Of a stretch of DNA of 64,000 nucleotides, positions 1-10,037 are shown piece by piece; the stretch's first letter is position 1, and the number at the start of each line of letters is the position of its first letter. The DNA is taken from positions 634,330 through 698,329 of the forward strand of contig CP061209.1 of NCBI GenBank assembly GCA_026016205.1, given 5' to 3'. Origin of the DNA: Methanosarcinales archaeon (lineage in GTDB: Archaea; Halobacteriota; UBA148; JAUWXC01). The notes under the pieces are model-generated. The model worked only from the letters and a program-made list of their open reading frames with translations, was not told where the DNA came from and did no database searches. Both the position numbers and the translations under genes were made by a program.

Positions 1-1927
1 CCCTGAGAACGTCCGCCTGGATTTCCTTTGCCAAGGCGCACCAGTCCCCCCGCCTGACCTCCAGACCTTTGATTATGATCTCGCCATCTGATGTAAGTCC
101 GGCATAGCGCTTCTTTTTTTCTGTGAAGAATATGACGCTATAAACGCGTTCAATGTCAAGCTCAAGGGGAAGCTCCTTCGACATGGCTTCAGCAAGTGCC
201 TTCGCCTTCTCCATGAGCTGGTCATCTCTTGCCTTCACGAACAAACTGTCCGTATCGCCGTAGATAACCTCCAGTCCCATTTCCTCTGCCCTCTTAATTG
301 CCTGCTTGATGAAATGTCGGCCCCATGCCGCCGTAGCCTCTGCGCATTCCCTTCGATACCATCGCGCCGGAGTCCAGCCAGTATATCCATAAAATGCATT
401 CGTCAGGATTTTGATCGCCTGTTGTCTGATGTCGAGCAATTGATATTCGTGCGTATCCTTGCGTAACGTTTCCAACTCGCGCTTCAGCGCACTCCGCTTG
501 CTGACCAATTCCTGTAAAATTCGTTTGAAAAAACCGTCCGGCTTTTTCCGGAATCTATATCCGACCTCCGGCGCTTCATAGCCATCCTCGCCTGTCACCG
601 TGTCCGGCGAGATGTTGAAGGATATCATAATCGAGGGATACATCGACGAGAAGTCCAAGCAGGCAACATTCTCGTGTATTCCCTTCTTCGGCTCCAGAAC
701 AAAACCGCCAACATATTTTTCACCGACTTCCCTCCCCCTGGATGGTACCAGCTCCCCTATCTTGTAAGCCTCGGCGCACAGGAGCGATTCTACCTGCCGT
801 CCGCGCCCCATCTTCGATACCTCATCCAAGGGTTGCCTGGTCATCCTAGCAAACTCATATTGCAGCGGAAGCAGTTTTTTAGCAATGCCAAGTGTGCTGA
901 TTACATCATCTTTTGCATATCTCAGGAGAATCTTGCGCTTCTCAGGGTCATCCCAGTATTTGTGCATCTCTGCCGCAGGCAGGTTCGTTCGCTCTGACTT
1001 TTTTATCACGCCCAAAAACTCTGCAACGTCCTCCAGCGTCTTAATCTGGACACCGCCCAAATCCCTGTCAACAACCCTATACAAATCCACATTAGACCTG
1101 CCAACAATCGAAACCCTATTAAGAGGGCCTGGCTGAAGGCGCGGCGCGGTTCCATCCCTGCCGATGTTGAGCTGCACCTTATGCAGTTTTGCCCTATGAA
1201 GCATGTAAGGCCAGTCGAAGTTGTCTGAGTTGTAGCCACATATGATGTCAGGGTCGAAATCCTCAACAAATTCCACGAATTCCTTCAGCAGGGCTGCGTC
1301 GTCTTTGTCCATCGTTAAGAGTTTAGCATCACCCTTACTCGTAGCGATTGATATGATTATGATGGGGTCGCGCTCTGGATTGGGCAGACCCCTAGGATTC
1401 GTCATCTCGCAGTCAAATGCCATGATGCGCAATTCCGGGTTTTCATCCCTCTTCTGATACCTGACCTTGCTCGCTTCAAATCCCGCCCCTGAGTCAACAT
1501 CAATGTATTCGCCCTCCGCAACAATTCCGTCAAGAGGTGATAACTCGCAATCGATAATGTAGCGCACCGCAAAAGGTATGTCTGCCTCCCTGATGTCAAA
1601 GCCGAGATTGCCAACTGCATCTCTCAAACCTGGCACGTGCTGTGGGTGCGCAACCGTTACCTTAAAAGCTTCAATCTCTACTCCAAAATCTCTCTTCTTG
1701 ACCTTTTCAACCTTCTTCGGCCGGATGGTTTCATCATACCGCGTTGCCCTGACTTCCATTATGTCATCAGCGCTTCTTTTCCCGATTGCATAGAAATATG
1801 GCTTGAAATTTGGGTCAAAGACCACTACATTTTTTCCCGTATCGTCCCTGCACCATAGCCTTATTACCGCCTTGCCGTTTTTTGTTATGTAATCTGCATC
1901 GAGCAGCCAACCACGCATCTGAGCCAT
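1..1927 (-). CDS. polB: Family B DNA polymerase (PolB), N-terminal ~642 codons; the 3' end runs off the window
   Basis: Absent from the ORF track because it is open at the window edge. My reverse-strand translation from the ATG (complement of 1925-1927) reads MAQMRGWLLDADYITKNGKAVIRLWCRDD... with no stops. It contains exonuclease motifs FDCEM and YNSDNFDWPY and polymerase motifs SMYPSIM, KILTNAFYGY and YGDTDS. Confidence 0.9.
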   Translation of the reverse strand, partial: MAQMRGWLLDADYITKNGKAVIRLWCRDDTGKNVVVFDPNFKPYFYAIGKRSADDIMEVRATRYDETIRPKKVEKVKKRDFGVEIEAFKVTVAHPQHVPGLRDAVGNLGFDIREADIPFAVRYIIDCELSPLDGIVAEGEYIDVDSGAGFEASKVRYQKRDENPELRIMAFDCEMTNPRGLPNPERDPIIIISIATSKGDAKLLTMDKDDAALLKEFVEFVEDFDPDIICGYNSDNFDWPYMLHRAKLHKVQLNIGRDGTAPRLQPGPLNRVSIVGRSNVDLYRVVDRDLGGVQIKTLEDVAEFLGVIKKSERTNLPAAEMHKYWDDPEKRKILLRYAKDDVISTLGIAKKLLPLQYEFARMTRQPLDEVSKMGRGRQVESLLCAEAYKIGELVPSRGREVGEKYVGGFVLEPKKGIHENVACLDFSSMYPSIMISFNISPDTVTGEDGYEAPEVGYRFRKKPDGFFKRILQELVSKRSALKRELETLRKDTHEYQLLDIRQQAIKILTNAFYGYTGWTPARWYRRECAEATAAWGRHFIKQAIKRAEEMGLEVIYGDTDSLFVKARDDQLMEKAKALAEAMSKELPLELDIERVYSVIFFTEKKKRYAGLTSDGEIIIKGLEVRRGDWCALAKEIQADVLR

Positions 1928-2013
1928 CTATACAAGATAGGGAAGGATGCATTAAATATTTGTGGGACAAAAAGGTTACACATTTATGTACGCAAGCCGC
2001 GTTTTCTAGTGCG

Positions 2014-4062
2014 ATGAACGACTACTTAAAATACTTCCCAAAGAAGTCATTTTATCCCAATCAAAAAGAGGCGATAGAAGAGATTTATGATGCACTCTCA
2101 GAGCAAAAAATCGCCTTATTTGAAGGTGCATGTGGCACAGGAAAAACGCTGAGCGCGCTCGTTCCCGCACTGCACGTCGCAAAGCAACGCGGCAAAACCG
2201 TGGTAATAGCCACGAATGTTCACCAGCAAATGCTGCAGTTCATAGATGAAGCAAAAGATATCAAAAGCGTAGCAGATGTCGACGTAATCGTGCTGAAGGG
2301 CAAACTTCACATGTGCCCTGCTGAAAGAAGTTATGAAGAGTGCGACGTGCTCAGGGAGAATACATACGAATTGCTCAAATTGGAGCAAAATGCGAATCAA
2401 GAGATCGATGATGCTCGCATGAGAATTCTTAAGGAGCGGTCATGTGGGCACCTGCTTAATACGCTCAAGAGAGAGGATGACAGTTTTTACAAATGGCTCT
2501 TTTCAGAAGTTAGAACGCCAGAGGAGGTTGCGGAGAGGGCTTCCAAAGACGGAACATGCGGATATGAGTTGTTGAAGAGGGGGATGATGAATGCGGACTT
2601 GGTTATCTGCAACTACCATCACCTCCTGGACCCAGAAATCCTGACGATGTTTCTATCATGGTTAGGCTGTGGACTGGAAGATATTATAGTAATATTTGAC
2701 GAGGCACATAACCTGGAGTCGGCAGCCAGGGCGCATTCATCGCTGATACTGACTGAACGCACCATAGAAAGAGCACTGAACGAACTGACAGACATGGGCG
2801 ATCATGACGCCAAAGAGATTAGAAATCTCCTTCTTGAATTGAGAGAGGCACTGCGGGAAACATATGAATCCCGGTTCGCCTTTGGCGAAATGGAGCGTAT
2901 TGGCGCCGAGTGGCATGATATTAAGATACGAGAACCTGCCGACACTGAGGATGGTCTGACTACAAACCTGCGTGCTCGACTGCCCGACATTGTCGATTTA
3001 ATCGAAGATGTGTGTACCCTTGGTGCGAAATTTGACACGATATATCGCAACCAGTATAAAGAGGGGTTGTCTGATAGCAGAAGGGTTTCTCATCTGCTAA
3101 ATGTGGCAACGTTCCTCAAAAGATATTTTGAGTTGGCGGGCGACGCTGGATATTATCCGCTGATAAATGTAAGGCGTGAAGGGGGCGAGATATCAGGAAG
3201 AATCGAACTTTTTGCATGCATCCCAAAGAACGTGACCAAACCATTGTTTGACTCATTACATTCGGCGGTCCTAATGTCCGCCACTCTGCGACCATTTGAT
3301 GTCGTCAAAACGACGCTGGGCATCGACAGAGAGACAAAAAATATCGTGCATACGTCGCCATTTCCCAAGGAGAGAAGGCGCACCATGGCAGTGACGATTC
3401 CTCCGCTATTCCTGCGAAACAGGGATGACCAGGAGGTTATAGGCATTGTCACAAGTGTATTAGAAGATATTATAGAGCAATCGAATGGAAACGTCTTGAT
3501 TTTCTTCCCAAGTTTCAGCGAGGCGGTTCGGTATAAGGAGTTATTAGATGTCGATGTTCCTGTATTCCTAGATGAAATGGGCGTCTCAGCTACCAACGTC
3601 AAGGAGGATTTTTTCAGAATCGGCGAGTCCGGCGACAAGGCTGTGCTGCTCTCTTATCTATGGGGAACGCTGACAGAGGGTGTGAACTATAGGGATGATA
3701 GAGCGAGAGTTGTGGTCATCGTCGGAGTGGGGTATCCTGCCCTGGGCGATAGGATTAGGGCGATTCAATATTTGTATGACCATGAATTCGGCGCTGGAAG
3801 GGGGTGGCGTTATGCGATTGAGACCCCTATGATTAGAAGAGTTAGACAGGCAATGGGGAGAGTTATCAGGTCGCCGGAGGATTACGGCGCAAGGATGTTA
3901 TTAGATGTGCGATACACGAGTGAGTCCCCGAAAACGATGGGCAAATATTCAGTATACCCAAGTCTTCCGCCAGAAGAGAAAGAAGAAATAATAGATGTGG
4001 CACCTGGGAAGGTCAAGTATGCGCTGATGAATTTCTTTGATGATGTTCGAAAGGCGGACTGA
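2014..4062 (+). CDS. xpd: XPD/Rad3-family (DinG-like) Fe-S DNA helicase
   Basis: Walker A GACGTGKT, DEAH box FDEAHNLE, and four Cys (HMCP, EECD, RSCGH, GTCGY) spaced as in the XPD 4Fe-4S domain. Start moved to MNDYLKY (2014) because the track start at 1810 overlaps the polB start. Confidence 0.85.
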   Translation: MNDYLKYFPKKSFYPNQKEAIEEIYDALSEQKIALFEGACGTGKTLSALVPALHVAKQRGKTVVIATNVHQQMLQFIDEAKDIKSVADVDVIVLKGKLHMCPAERSYEECDVLRENTYELLKLEQNANQEIDDARMRILKERSCGHLLNTLKREDDSFYKWLFSEVRTPEEVAERASKDGTCGYELLKRGMMNADLVICNYHHLLDPEILTMFLSWLGCGLEDIIVIFDEAHNLESAARAHSSLILTERTIERALNELTDMGDHDAKEIRNLLLELREALRETYESRFAFGEMERIGAEWHDIKIREPADTEDGLTTNLRARLPDIVDLIEDVCTLGAKFDTIYRNQYKEGLSDSRRVSHLLNVATFLKRYFELAGDAGYYPLINVRREGGEISGRIELFACIPKNVTKPLFDSLHSAVLMSATLRPFDVVKTTLGIDRETKNIVHTSPFPKERRRTMAVTIPPLFLRNRDDQEVIGIVTSVLEDIIEQSNGNVLIFFPSFSEAVRYKELLDVDVPVFLDEMGVSATNVKEDFFRIGESGDKAVLLSYLWGTLTEGVNYRDDRARVVVIVGVGYPALGDRIRAIQYLYDHEFGAGRGWRYAIETPMIRRVRQAMGRVIRSPEDYGARMLLDVRYTSESPKTMGKYSVYPSLPPEEKEEIIDVAPGKVKYALMNFFDDVRKAD

Positions 4063-4228
4063 AAAGTTCTTCTGAGAATTTTGCGAAGTTTCAATCTTAT
4101 TTTATTGGATGTTGCGCTGTAACTACGAATTTACCATTGTATTTCTTAAGTTTTACCTCTAATTTCATTTTATTGGACCTTTATCTCAATCTTAAAGCTC
4201 TAAACCGCTTTAAAACATTATAATTTGT

Positions 4229-4714
4229 TTACCATTTAACAACGGGCTTCGATAGGAGAATATCAAAACTAATTCTTGGCTCTGTATTCTTTTGATTTGT
4301 AAATTTTAAATACTTCTTTGATAGGTGCTTCTCATCTAACATGCGGCTCATTTTACTGAAATTCTCCGATCTTTCTATGTTAATTTTCCCCCAATTAATT
4401 CTGGTAACAGTTCCAACGTTGGCGGGACCACCTTCTTTGTGAAGGACGTCTATTTTCTCTTTTATGATGAATAAAGGAAAAAGAGGTAATTTCACTATTT
4501 CGATTTTTAATTTGCCTTCAACCTTTGACTTTAATTTTCCTGTACCTTTACATTTACTGCACTCGCGTTTAGAGTCCGTATATACTATTGCCCCCTTATT
4601 GGGGTACCAACCTAGTCCTACTAAACCTCCTCCATCGCAATAAGGACATGTGAATAGTCTTTCCTCACACTTTGAGATTTCTCTAATCATCTTCTCTTTT
4701 CCTTGTTCCTCCAT
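4229..4714 (-). CDS. Hypothetical protein with two DnaJ-type CxxCxGxG zinc-finger motifs
   Basis: 161-aa ORF with CPYCDGGG and CSKCKGTG motifs. It is the only ORF in a visibly AT-rich 0.8-kb gap between convergent xpd and the geranylgeranyl reductase gene. Confidence 0.55.
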   Translation of the reverse strand: MEEQGKEKMIREISKCEERLFTCPYCDGGGLVGLGWYPNKGAIVYTDSKRECSKCKGTGKLKSKVEGKLKIEIVKLPLFPLFIIKEKIDVLHKEGGPANVGTVTRINWGKINIERSENFSKMSRMLDEKHLSKKYLKFTNQKNTEPRISFDILLSKPVVKW

Positions 4715-4865
4715 CTTCTTTCAAACCACTAATGGTAGTACTGTGATGTTCTATTTTTGTCTCTGGCAGTATTATCATCGAGTTGATATACATTTTTTAT
4801 TTTATGTTGATGCACTATATTTATTATATCTTTCCTGATAGCAAGGTGAAGGTGTTTTATCTTTA

Positions 4866-6029
4866 TTATCTCAGCGCCTTAGCAAAAACTCCCGACAATT
4901 TCAACAATCCCGGTTTTGCCATAATTAATTTCTTCGCCACCGCCGAAGGATAGTCCATGTCGCCATATTGAGATATGATGTCCAAAATCTCTGGATCCTC
5001 AAGCGTCTTGACTACTTTATCGTAATCTACATCACTCAACTTCCCCATAGCCTCATGAATCCTCATTCCAATCAATAATTCTCGCCCTATGGCAGACCTC
5101 CATCGCTTTTCGTACTCTACCAGGCGTTTCGCTGACGTATCGCCCTCTTTTACAGCGGCGGCTGCCACCTCTCCCGCAATCTTCGCGCATAGGGCACCGG
5201 CGTATATGCCCCCTCCGGACGTGGGTTTTACCTGCGCAGCAGCATCGCCGACGAGCATTAGTCCTTCGGCAACCGTTCGCTCGGGTGGACCAAGTGGAAT
5301 AGCACCTGCTTCAAAACCAAGATAGGAACCATGATATCTTTTTGATGCAATAGGGTGGGACTTTAGCATCTTCTTGAGATGTCGCAAGGGGTGAGCAGCA
5401 GCACATAACCCGATTCTTGCAACGCCGTCCTCAACTGGAACTGCCCAGGCAAAAAATCCTGGCGCCACCGAACCAATAAACACTTCGACAAAGTCCATAT
5501 CATGTGCATTATACAGTCCCTCGATTTGCACGCCGCCAAGAACCTTTTTTGCCCTGCCCAAGCCAGCCCATTTTGCGACCCTGCTGCTGACGCCATCTGC
5601 ACCGATGATGATTTTTGTGCTTACCTCCAAACTCTCGCCTTGGGCGATGATGTTGAGTTTTTCGTTCTTCAGGCCAGTCGCTTTAGCCTTGACCAAGAGG
5701 TCAGCACCTGCCTTAACCGCCTGTCTCGCAAGCTCCCTGTCGAAAATCTTCCTATCTATCACATATGCCTTGGTCTCTTTTCCATCGACTGTTATGCCTG
5801 TTCCATCCGGCGAATAAATGAAGGCGCCCCGTATCCTGTTCCGTATCCACCTTCCCAATCCAATCTCGCATTCATCCAAAGCCCTGTTGCTGATGAGGCC
5901 GGTGCATGCCTTGTTGCCAATTTCCTGGTGCTCCTCGATGAGAAGGACTGATGCGCCACCTTTCGACGCATATTTAGCTGCCATTGATCCAACTGGACCA
6001 GCCCCAACGACCACCACATCATATTCCAT
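4866..6029 (-). CDS. Geranylgeranyl reductase family flavoprotein (digeranylgeranylglycerophospholipid reductase-like)
   Basis: N-terminal FAD fold YDVVVVGAGPVGS and GADGVSSRV; length 387 aa is typical of archaeal GGR. Confidence 0.85.
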   Translation of the reverse strand: MEYDVVVVGAGPVGSMAAKYASKGGASVLLIEEHQEIGNKACTGLISNRALDECEIGLGRWIRNRIRGAFIYSPDGTGITVDGKETKAYVIDRKIFDRELARQAVKAGADLLVKAKATGLKNEKLNIIAQGESLEVSTKIIIGADGVSSRVAKWAGLGRAKKVLGGVQIEGLYNAHDMDFVEVFIGSVAPGFFAWAVPVEDGVARIGLCAAAHPLRHLKKMLKSHPIASKRYHGSYLGFEAGAIPLGPPERTVAEGLMLVGDAAAQVKPTSGGGIYAGALCAKIAGEVAAAAVKEGDTSAKRLVEYEKRWRSAIGRELLIGMRIHEAMGKLSDVDYDKVVKTLEDPEILDIISQYGDMDYPSAVAKKLIMAKPGLLKLSGVFAKALR

Positions 6030-6074
6030 GTATCAGGCACACCCTTTTAAGTATAAAATATATATTCTCCATCT

Positions 6075-6248
6075 ATGCAGCCTATTATTGAAATCGTCGC
6101 ATTTATATGTGCGCTTGAAACGAGTTACCTCAGCATAAGAGAGATATTCGGGAATAAAATCGATTTAGTAGAGCAGACAATCCTGACAGGGGGGCTGGGA
6201 CTAGCGCTATTTGTCATCGTGAGGTTTATTATCGAGTGGGGTGCATAA
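6075..6248 (+). CDS. Candidate small membrane protein (57 aa)
   Basis: ATG-to-TAA ORF below the track length cut-off: MQPIIEIVAFICALETSYLSIREIFGNKIDLVEQTILTGGLGLALFVIVRFIIEWGA, with a C-terminal hydrophobic helix. No homology recognised. Confidence 0.25.
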   Translation: MQPIIEIVAFICALETSYLSIREIFGNKIDLVEQTILTGGLGLALFVIVRFIIEWGA

Positions 6249-6267
6249 CATAGCGCGGGGTAAAAAG

Positions 6268-6597
6268 ATGTCTGTTAAAAGTAAGATTCTCGGTATTTTC
6301 AAAGGCGCAGACAAAGACGAAAAGAAAATGCCTAAAGTTGACTATTTGTGTAAAATTGTTAAATGCCAAGGTAAAAAAATTGGCGAGAGCATAGCCGTTG
6401 ATGAAAAGCAATTGCTAGTAATAAATAAAAAGGAGATTCTTGCAATTCCATTGGGCAAGGTTGTCGAGGTCTCAGAGGAAGAAATCATCCTTGATAAATT
6501 CAACAAAACAAAGGCTAAAAAAGCTGGCAAATCATGGAAGAAAAACGAGGCAGACAAGCTTAAATTCGACGAGCAGGGAATGATGATAAGCGAGTGA
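6268..6597 (+). CDS. Hypothetical Lys-rich protein
   Basis: ORF 6241..6597; the internal start MSVKSK at 6268 is preceded by GGGGT. No motif recognised. Confidence 0.5.
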   Translation: MSVKSKILGIFKGADKDEKKMPKVDYLCKIVKCQGKKIGESIAVDEKQLLVINKKEILAIPLGKVVEVSEEEIILDKFNKTKAKKAGKSWKKNEADKLKFDEQGMMISE

Positions 6598-6601
6598 GTC
6601 C

Positions 6602-6949
6602 ATGTTTAGTTATAAACAGTGCATAGTCATCAGGTCTGATTTGAAACTCTCGACTGGGAAGTTGGCTGTACAGGTGGCACACGCCGCCATAGGAGCGTAT
6701 GAGCGGGCTGAGCCGAAAATACGAAGGGCATGGAAGGGCGAGGGGCAGAAAAAGGTCGTTTTGAAAGTAAAGGAGTTAAAGGAGTTGTACGAGTTGGAGA
6801 AGAAGGCGAAACGCCTTGGTTTCCCCGCAGCACTGATTACGGATGCGGGGCTAACCGAAATTCCCCCTGACACCGTTACTGCACTGGGCATCGGACCTGC
6901 AAAAAGCGAGGAGTTGGACAGACTCACAGGGGATTTGCCGTTATTGTGA
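6602..6949 (+). CDS. pth2: Peptidyl-tRNA hydrolase, archaeal type (Pth2)
   Basis: 115 aa; KQCIVIRSDLKLSTGKLAVQVAHAA and DAGLTEIPPDTVTALGIGP are typical of PTH2. Confidence 0.9.
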   Translation: MFSYKQCIVIRSDLKLSTGKLAVQVAHAAIGAYERAEPKIRRAWKGEGQKKVVLKVKELKELYELEKKAKRLGFPAALITDAGLTEIPPDTVTALGIGPAKSEELDRLTGDLPLL

Positions 6950-6956
6950 GGATAAA

Positions 6957-7832
6957 ATGACTAAGATTGGATTTGTGGGCGCAGGAAGAATCGGTTCGAC
7001 ATCAGCCTATGCTACCCTATACGACGTGGACTGTGATGAAATAGCGTTAGTAGACCTAGTTGAGGATTTAGCAGCAGGCGAGGCGATGGACCTGGAGACG
7101 GCAGCAATTGCGATGGGTAAAAACGTTATTGTGGAGGGTGGAAATGATTACTCGCTCCTGAAAAACTCGGACATTATCGTGGTATCGGCTGGCATCGCAA
7201 GAAAAGTTGGAACGACCCGGCTGGATTTGACCAAGACGAACGCAGGCATTGTCCAGGACATTATAAAAAAGATATGCCAACATGCCCAGGATGCAATTCT
7301 TATTCTAACAACGAATCCAGTTGATGTGATGACATACGTTGCATACAAAGCATCTGGAAAGCCGAGAAATGAGGTTATGGGCATGGGCGCATCCCATGAT
7401 ACGGCCAGGCTAAGGGAGCAAATACTGCGATTGGGCATAGAGGAAACTGATGCAATGGTAATCGGCGAGCATGGGGATAGTATGGTTTGCTTGAAGGGGC
7501 AGACGAAAATTAAAAGCAAGGAGTGGGAAATTGCCACAAAGGCCACAAAGGAAAGAGGGATGGAAATAATAAAGAGGAAGAGCGCCACATATTATGCTCC
7601 CGCTTCATGTGTCGCAAAAATCGTGAAGGCGATAGTGAGTGATGAAAATGCTGTTATGCCGGTAAGCATTGCGCTGGAAGGAGAATATGGGCTGCGCGAC
7701 GTCGCGATAGGCATGCCGGCAATAATTGGCAAACATGGAGCAAAGGTGCTGGAGTGCGAACTAAGCAAAGAAGAGATGATAACGCTGAAAGAGTCGGCAA
7801 AGGTCGTCAAGAAAACACTGAAGGAGATTTGA
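6957..7832 (+). CDS. mdh: Malate (L-lactate-like) dehydrogenase
   Basis: Rossmann motif KIGFVGAGRIGS, substrate loop GIARKVGTTRLDL, catalytic GEHGDS. Confidence 0.85.
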   Translation: MTKIGFVGAGRIGSTSAYATLYDVDCDEIALVDLVEDLAAGEAMDLETAAIAMGKNVIVEGGNDYSLLKNSDIIVVSAGIARKVGTTRLDLTKTNAGIVQDIIKKICQHAQDAILILTTNPVDVMTYVAYKASGKPRNEVMGMGASHDTARLREQILRLGIEETDAMVIGEHGDSMVCLKGQTKIKSKEWEIATKATKERGMEIIKRKSATYYAPASCVAKIVKAIVSDENAVMPVSIALEGEYGLRDVAIGMPAIIGKHGAKVLECELSKEEMITLKESAKVVKKTLKEI

Positions 7833-9133
7833 TGGGCAGTCCTGCGTTCCCACTCGAGCAAAAGGTTGGCATCGAACTTTATCTGACAAAAAATCCCGGC
7901 ATAGGCGGCAAGATTCGCCAGCAAATAGAAGATTTCTATGTAGAGGAAATCACGAGTAGGGAAGAGGGGGCAGAAGGAAAATATTTGATTCTCGAGCTGA
8001 CTAAACGCGATTGGGATACGCACCACTTGATAAGGGAATTATCCAGAGCGCTCGGCGTTAGCCAGAAAAGGTTCGGCTTTGCAGGAACAAAAGACAAGAG
8101 GGCACTTACAAAACAAAAGATTAGTATCTGGGACGTAAACGAGGATGCGCTTAAGAGAATTAATCTGCCGGGCGTTGAGCTAAGGGTTGTCGGCAGGTCC
8201 AACAAAAAAGTGGTCTTGGGCAACCTGTGGGGCAACAAATTCAGGATTGTCATCAGGGATGTAGAGTCCTCCTTAGATGTCGTGAAAGAAAGGGTAAAAT
8301 CCATCACGGATGAGATTGCCCAGATGGGGGGCATTCCAAACTTCTTTGGCATGCAGCGATTCGGTGTGCAGCGTCCCGTAACCCATTTAGTCGGAGAGGC
8401 GATTGTCAGGGGTGATTTAAAGAAGGCTGTGCTGACATATCTCGCGGAAGTCTCCCCTAACGAGCTGGAGGATGTGCAAAACGCAAGAAGTGCACTCGCA
8501 AAGGACTTGGATTTCCAGAAGGCGTTAAAAGAATTCCCGCTTTTTCTGAGGTATGAAAGGGCGATGCTGAATGTACTAGTCCAAAACCCAGAAGACTATC
8601 TTGGCGCTTTGGGAGCCTTGCCCCAAAAACTGCAACAGATGTTCGTTCACGCGTATCAATCGTGCATATTCAACAAAATACTGAGCGAAAGACTCAGGAA
8701 GAATTTGTCGTTAAACAGTGCCCTGCCCGGTGATATCGTTTGTTTTCCCAATAAGACTGGGCTGCCGAACGTCTTGCGAACTCAGAGAGTCAAGGAAGAT
8801 AATGTTGAGGGTATGAATAATTTAATCACAAGAAAGAGGGCTTTCGTTACCGCGCCGCTATTTGGCTATGAATCACAGTTTGCAGATGGTGTACCAGGCG
8901 AGATTGAGCGGTCAGTTATCGAGAGCATGAAAATCGAGAAAGATGATTTCAGAATACCTGAGGCACCGGAACTGGCATCCAAGGGTAGAAGAAGGGAGAT
9001 ATTATGCTACCTTTGCCCGAGTTATGAGGTCAAGCAAGAAGTAGTACTGCAATTCTCACTGCCAAAGGGCAGCTATGCGACGACTGTGCTGCGCGAGTAT
9101 ATGAAAACTGACCCATTAAGTGCTGGATATTAA
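7832..9133 (+). CDS. truD: tRNA pseudouridine synthase TruD/Pus7 family
   Basis: GFAGTKDKRALT and IPNFFGMQRFG motifs. Start placed at the ATG overlapping the mdh stop (TGATG). Confidence 0.85.
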   Translation: MGSPAFPLEQKVGIELYLTKNPGIGGKIRQQIEDFYVEEITSREEGAEGKYLILELTKRDWDTHHLIRELSRALGVSQKRFGFAGTKDKRALTKQKISIWDVNEDALKRINLPGVELRVVGRSNKKVVLGNLWGNKFRIVIRDVESSLDVVKERVKSITDEIAQMGGIPNFFGMQRFGVQRPVTHLVGEAIVRGDLKKAVLTYLAEVSPNELEDVQNARSALAKDLDFQKALKEFPLFLRYERAMLNVLVQNPEDYLGALGALPQKLQQMFVHAYQSCIFNKILSERLRKNLSLNSALPGDIVCFPNKTGLPNVLRTQRVKEDNVEGMNNLITRKRAFVTAPLFGYESQFADGVPGEIERSVIESMKIEKDDFRIPEAPELASKGRRREILCYLCPSYEVKQEVVLQFSLPKGSYATTVLREYMKTDPLSAGY

Positions 9134-10036
9134 CCGTCCATATGGGCTTTCTTGAAGATACCGCAGGTAATACCGAGCGTAATCTGCCCCTTCCAAGGCC
9201 TCGCCGCCAAAAAGCAGTTTAGCAAGCGTTGGTGTGTTCATGTATTTCACCCTCGGCGTTCCCTCAATGCCCCCCAGTTCAGCAGCAATGTCAATTGCAT
9301 CATACAAGTTGCCAAATTCGTCAACCAATCCAAGGGTTCTCGCATCGGCACCAGTATAGATTCTGCCATCCGATAACCCTCTTACTTTATAGATGGGCAT
9401 ATCCCTGCCTTCTGCAATCTCGCTCACAAATCGCTCGTACGCGCTCATCACAACATCATTTGCGTGTTGCTTCTCTTCATCAGTTAGGCCTCTCCAGTCC
9501 GCACCCATATCCTTGAACTCACCAGATTGAGCGGTGTAGAATTCGATTCCCTCGTTGCCATAATACTCTGATTTATCTGTGAACACCCAGATTACGCCAA
9601 TGCTTCCCGTCATCGTATCTGGGTTGGCTACGATGACATCCGCAGGTGCTGAAATATAATAAGCACCTGAAGTGGCAATATCGCCCATTGACACGATTAC
9701 TGGAATACCCTTATCCTGTGCCCTTTTAATCTCGGTTACAATCTCCTGCGCTGCAGCCGGCGTCCCTCCAGGGCTGTTAATCCTTAATACTATCGCGCTG
9801 ATTGAAGCATCCTCGGTGGCTTCCCTGATGTTTTTGCATATGTTCTCTGACGTTGCATATCCTATGCCCAAAGGCACATTCCCAGTTATCATCCCTCCCT
9901 GGACATAAATCACGGCAACCTGTTTTCCCGCCCGGATATCCTTCATGGGGCCAATATACACCAGAGCGGCAACAAGTACTGCGCAAAATACGATGGCTAT
10001 TGCCAGACATGCCAGCACTTTTGTTCTATGTTCCAT
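9116..10036 (-). CDS. sppA: Signal peptide peptidase SppA (36K type)
   Basis: N-terminal TM helix, LRINSPGGTPAAAQEI and SGAYYIS motifs. Start moved to MEHRTK (10036) because the longer track ORF runs through a tRNA gene. Confidence 0.8.
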   Translation of the reverse strand: MEHRTKVLACLAIAIVFCAVLVAALVYIGPMKDIRAGKQVAVIYVQGGMITGNVPLGIGYATSENICKNIREATEDASISAIVLRINSPGGTPAAAQEIVTEIKRAQDKGIPVIVSMGDIATSGAYYISAPADVIVANPDTMTGSIGVIWVFTDKSEYYGNEGIEFYTAQSGEFKDMGADWRGLTDEEKQHANDVVMSAYERFVSEIAEGRDMPIYKVRGLSDGRIYTGADARTLGLVDEFGNLYDAIDIAAELGGIEGTPRVKYMNTPTLAKLLFGGEALEGADYARYYLRYLQESPYGRLISST

Positions 10037-10037
10037 A

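Noticed and set aside
674-1858. Cluster of 60-110-aa ORFs on both strands listed in the track
   Set aside because: All lie inside the uninterrupted PolB reading frame (minus strand). They have low-complexity, non-homologous translations and are shadow ORFs.
1810-2013. 68-codon N-terminal extension of the helicase ORF in the track (MGQRPLHFF...)
   Set aside because: It overlaps the polB start on the opposite strand and has no helicase-like sequence. The conserved XPD N-terminus begins at MNDYLKY (2014).
4096-4180. Repeated ttttattgga motifs (two copies ~68 nt apart) downstream of xpd
   Set aside because: A 10-nt match in a strongly AT-rich spacer is expected by chance, and no further periodicity was seen.
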